This document shows, piece by piece, positions 61,874 through 64,000 of a stretch of DNA of 64,000 bases. The position numbers and the translations under genes were made by a program. The stretch's first letter is position 1. The number at the start of each line of letters is the position of its first letter. The stretch is from Vicugna vicugna. Taxonomy: Eukaryota. The stretch lies in NCBI GenBank assembly GCA_013265495.1, contig MU058221.1, forward strand, positions 2,728,001-2,792,000, in the 5' to 3' direction. Under the pieces are notes generated by a model, which saw nothing but the letters and a program-made list of their open reading frames with translations, was not told the origin of the DNA and searched no databases.

Positions 61874-63291
61874 GTAAGTGGGCGCTCAGGATTTGGTTGG
61901 GTGCACGGGGGCTGGGTTCACCAGACTGGTTCTAGGGGATTTCTGATTTCCACGGAGGGAGTTGGAACCCCAGAAATTCATGGCTCAGAATCCTGTGCTC
62001 TCATCCGGCCATCTGGGGTTGTTTTTAGCAATTCACATTTTGCACAATGGACATCGCCACCACTGATTCTGATTCTGTCTAACTCCGTTCTCCATCACTC
62101 GAAACATAGCAGCCACATCAAAGCAAACACTTCTGCATATAGTGGATTTTGTGGGGGCTGGAGATCATGCTTAGATGGTTTAGTGACCAAGGGACACACG
62201 AATGCTCAGATCTTCCGTTGGCACAGACACCATGGTTCTGCTTGAAGTCTCCAAGCTTGTTAACGACACAAGAGACGATCACAAATGGAGAATTAAGAGT
62301 TCTACTTTGTTACAAGCGGGGCTGTTGTTGCTCCACACTCTTGCCCCAGGGTCTCTGATAAACAAGACCACGTATTTTGAAATTGGTCAAGGCCATCAGA
62401 GTAGAGAGAGAACATTTCCACCTCCCAGTACCACGGCCAGCGCCGTCGCCCCAGATCCGTCTGCCATGTGACAGAAAAAGAAATTATAGGGACATACTAG
62501 AAATATACCAGCTTAAGTTGTGGAGCAAGAAGCAACAGAAAGGTCATCACTCTGGCTGATGTCTGAACCCTCCTGAATGCTCTGAGACACTGTCCATCAA
62601 CCCAAGTGTTCCGAAGAGGATCGTGGAATCTGATCAGTCCTGTTAGCTGGAGCTCCTGGAGGGCAGATGCAGGTAATCAAGGCAGGTAGCAGGAGATAGA
62701 GCTCCTGAGGGTTGCAACAGGGGGCGAGACCCTCCTGCTTTAACGGCTCAGTTTCCATAGGGCGAAAAATAATCTAATTATAGTAAAACTGAGAATCAGA
62801 TATGCTAATTCTCTTTGTTAAGTTTTACTTGAGGAAGGATAATGAATAGGGAGGCATGAGGTTGAGAAAGAGATGGTGATTTAGGAGAGGGACGAGGAAG
62901 CCCCAGAAAGCTCACGCTGGCTTAGGAATTGTGAGAAAGTAGGAAAAAGCCAATCGGAGGTTAAAATAAAGAGAACTCAGTAAAGACCCAGCTTTCTCCT
63001 GAGTCAAGTCTTTATACTTAAAATCTCATTTCTCCTGATAGTCTCATCCAACAGTGAAATGATCCGGAAGATACAGATGGACATTGATAGGGGAGATGAG
63101 AGCGTAAAAGCCAGAACATAGACGACGTGCGGGCTTTGATTTCAGACAGACTTGGTTTTGAATTATAAAGGGTAGAGTGAGGACCTTGCTCTGTTACGTG
63201 TTACTTAGTGTCCCTGAGCGTCTGTCCTATTGCCTGTAAAATGTGGATAATAGACTTGTTTAATAAGATTCTTCTGAGATTTTAATTATTT

Positions 63292-63807
63292 TTTTTTGAT
63301 TTATGGAAGTGTAGTTGATTTACAGTGTTAGTTTCAGGTGTAAAGCGATTCAGTTATACATATACAGATATATATACTTTCTTTTCAGATTCTTTTCCAT
63401 TCTGTGTTATTACAAGAAATTGAATATAGTTCCCTGTGCTCTGTAGTAGGTCCTTGTTTATCTATTTTATATATAGTAATGTATGTCTGTGAAACCCCAG
63501 CCCCTAATTTATCCCTCCCCACCCTTTGCTCTTTGGTAACCATAGTTTGTTTTCTACGTCCATGAGTCTGTTTTTGGTTTATAAATAGAATTTGTATCAT
63601 TTTTTTAGACTCTACATGTAAGTGATAGCATATGGTATTTGTCTTTCTCTGTCTGACTTACTTCACTCAACATGATCATCTCTAGGTTCATCCAGGTTGC
63701 TGCAAATGGCATTATTCCATTCTTTTTTACAGCTAAGTAATATTCCATTATATATATACACACATACCACATCCAGTCATCTGATGATGGACATTTAGGT
63801 TTTTTCA
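63292..63807 (-). mobile_element. 5'-truncated LINE-1 with TSD, inserted into a MIR (~63130-63880)
   Basis: Minus-strand translation MEYYLAVKKNGIMPFAATWMNLEMIMLSEVSQTEKDKYHMLSL. TSD agattttaattattt (63277-63291) / agatttcagttattt (63808-63822). MIR halves lie on both sides. Confidence 0.92.
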
Positions 63808-64000
63808 AGATTTCAGTTATTTAGTATTTGTAAAATAATGAGCATAACACCTGACATACATTAAGTACTCAATAAAGGATGACTCTGAAAATTGTCATCC
63901 TTTGGAAGAGAAATCTTTCCTAATCACAGGCTGGTGACAGCAGAAAAGTACGCAAGAGTACGAAGCCCCCTATTTTAAAAATACCTCGTAGATTCTGTTT

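Overview
Mammalian genomic DNA, very probably from a camelid: it carries tRNA-derived SINEs of the Vic-1 type and Cetartiodactyla-type L1 3' ends. The window lies inside the alpha-N-catenin gene CTNNA2 (+ strand). Five consecutive internal coding exons (93, 157, 201, 152 and 114 bp; probably exons 10-14 in human numbering) have canonical AG/GT sites and splice into one open frame. Everything else is intron with L1, L2, MIR, SINE, LTR and DNA-transposon relics, and nearly all entries in the six-frame ORF track are spurious. The most unusual element is at about 12.9-14.5 kb: a 20-copy, 40-bp minisatellite in which every unit has a CCAAT box plus either a MYB-type site or a second CCAAT box (11 units also carry TTAGGGTTG). 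It directly abuts a CpG island that ends in a strong splice donor, making it a candidate internal promoter and first exon. Other oddities are a twin-primed L1, a 92-bp local copy inserted inside a SINE, an antisense solo LTR with two perfect octamers, an E-box cluster, and signs of patchy GC-biased substitution. Repeat family names come from recalled consensus sequences and need RepeatMasker/Dfam confirmation.
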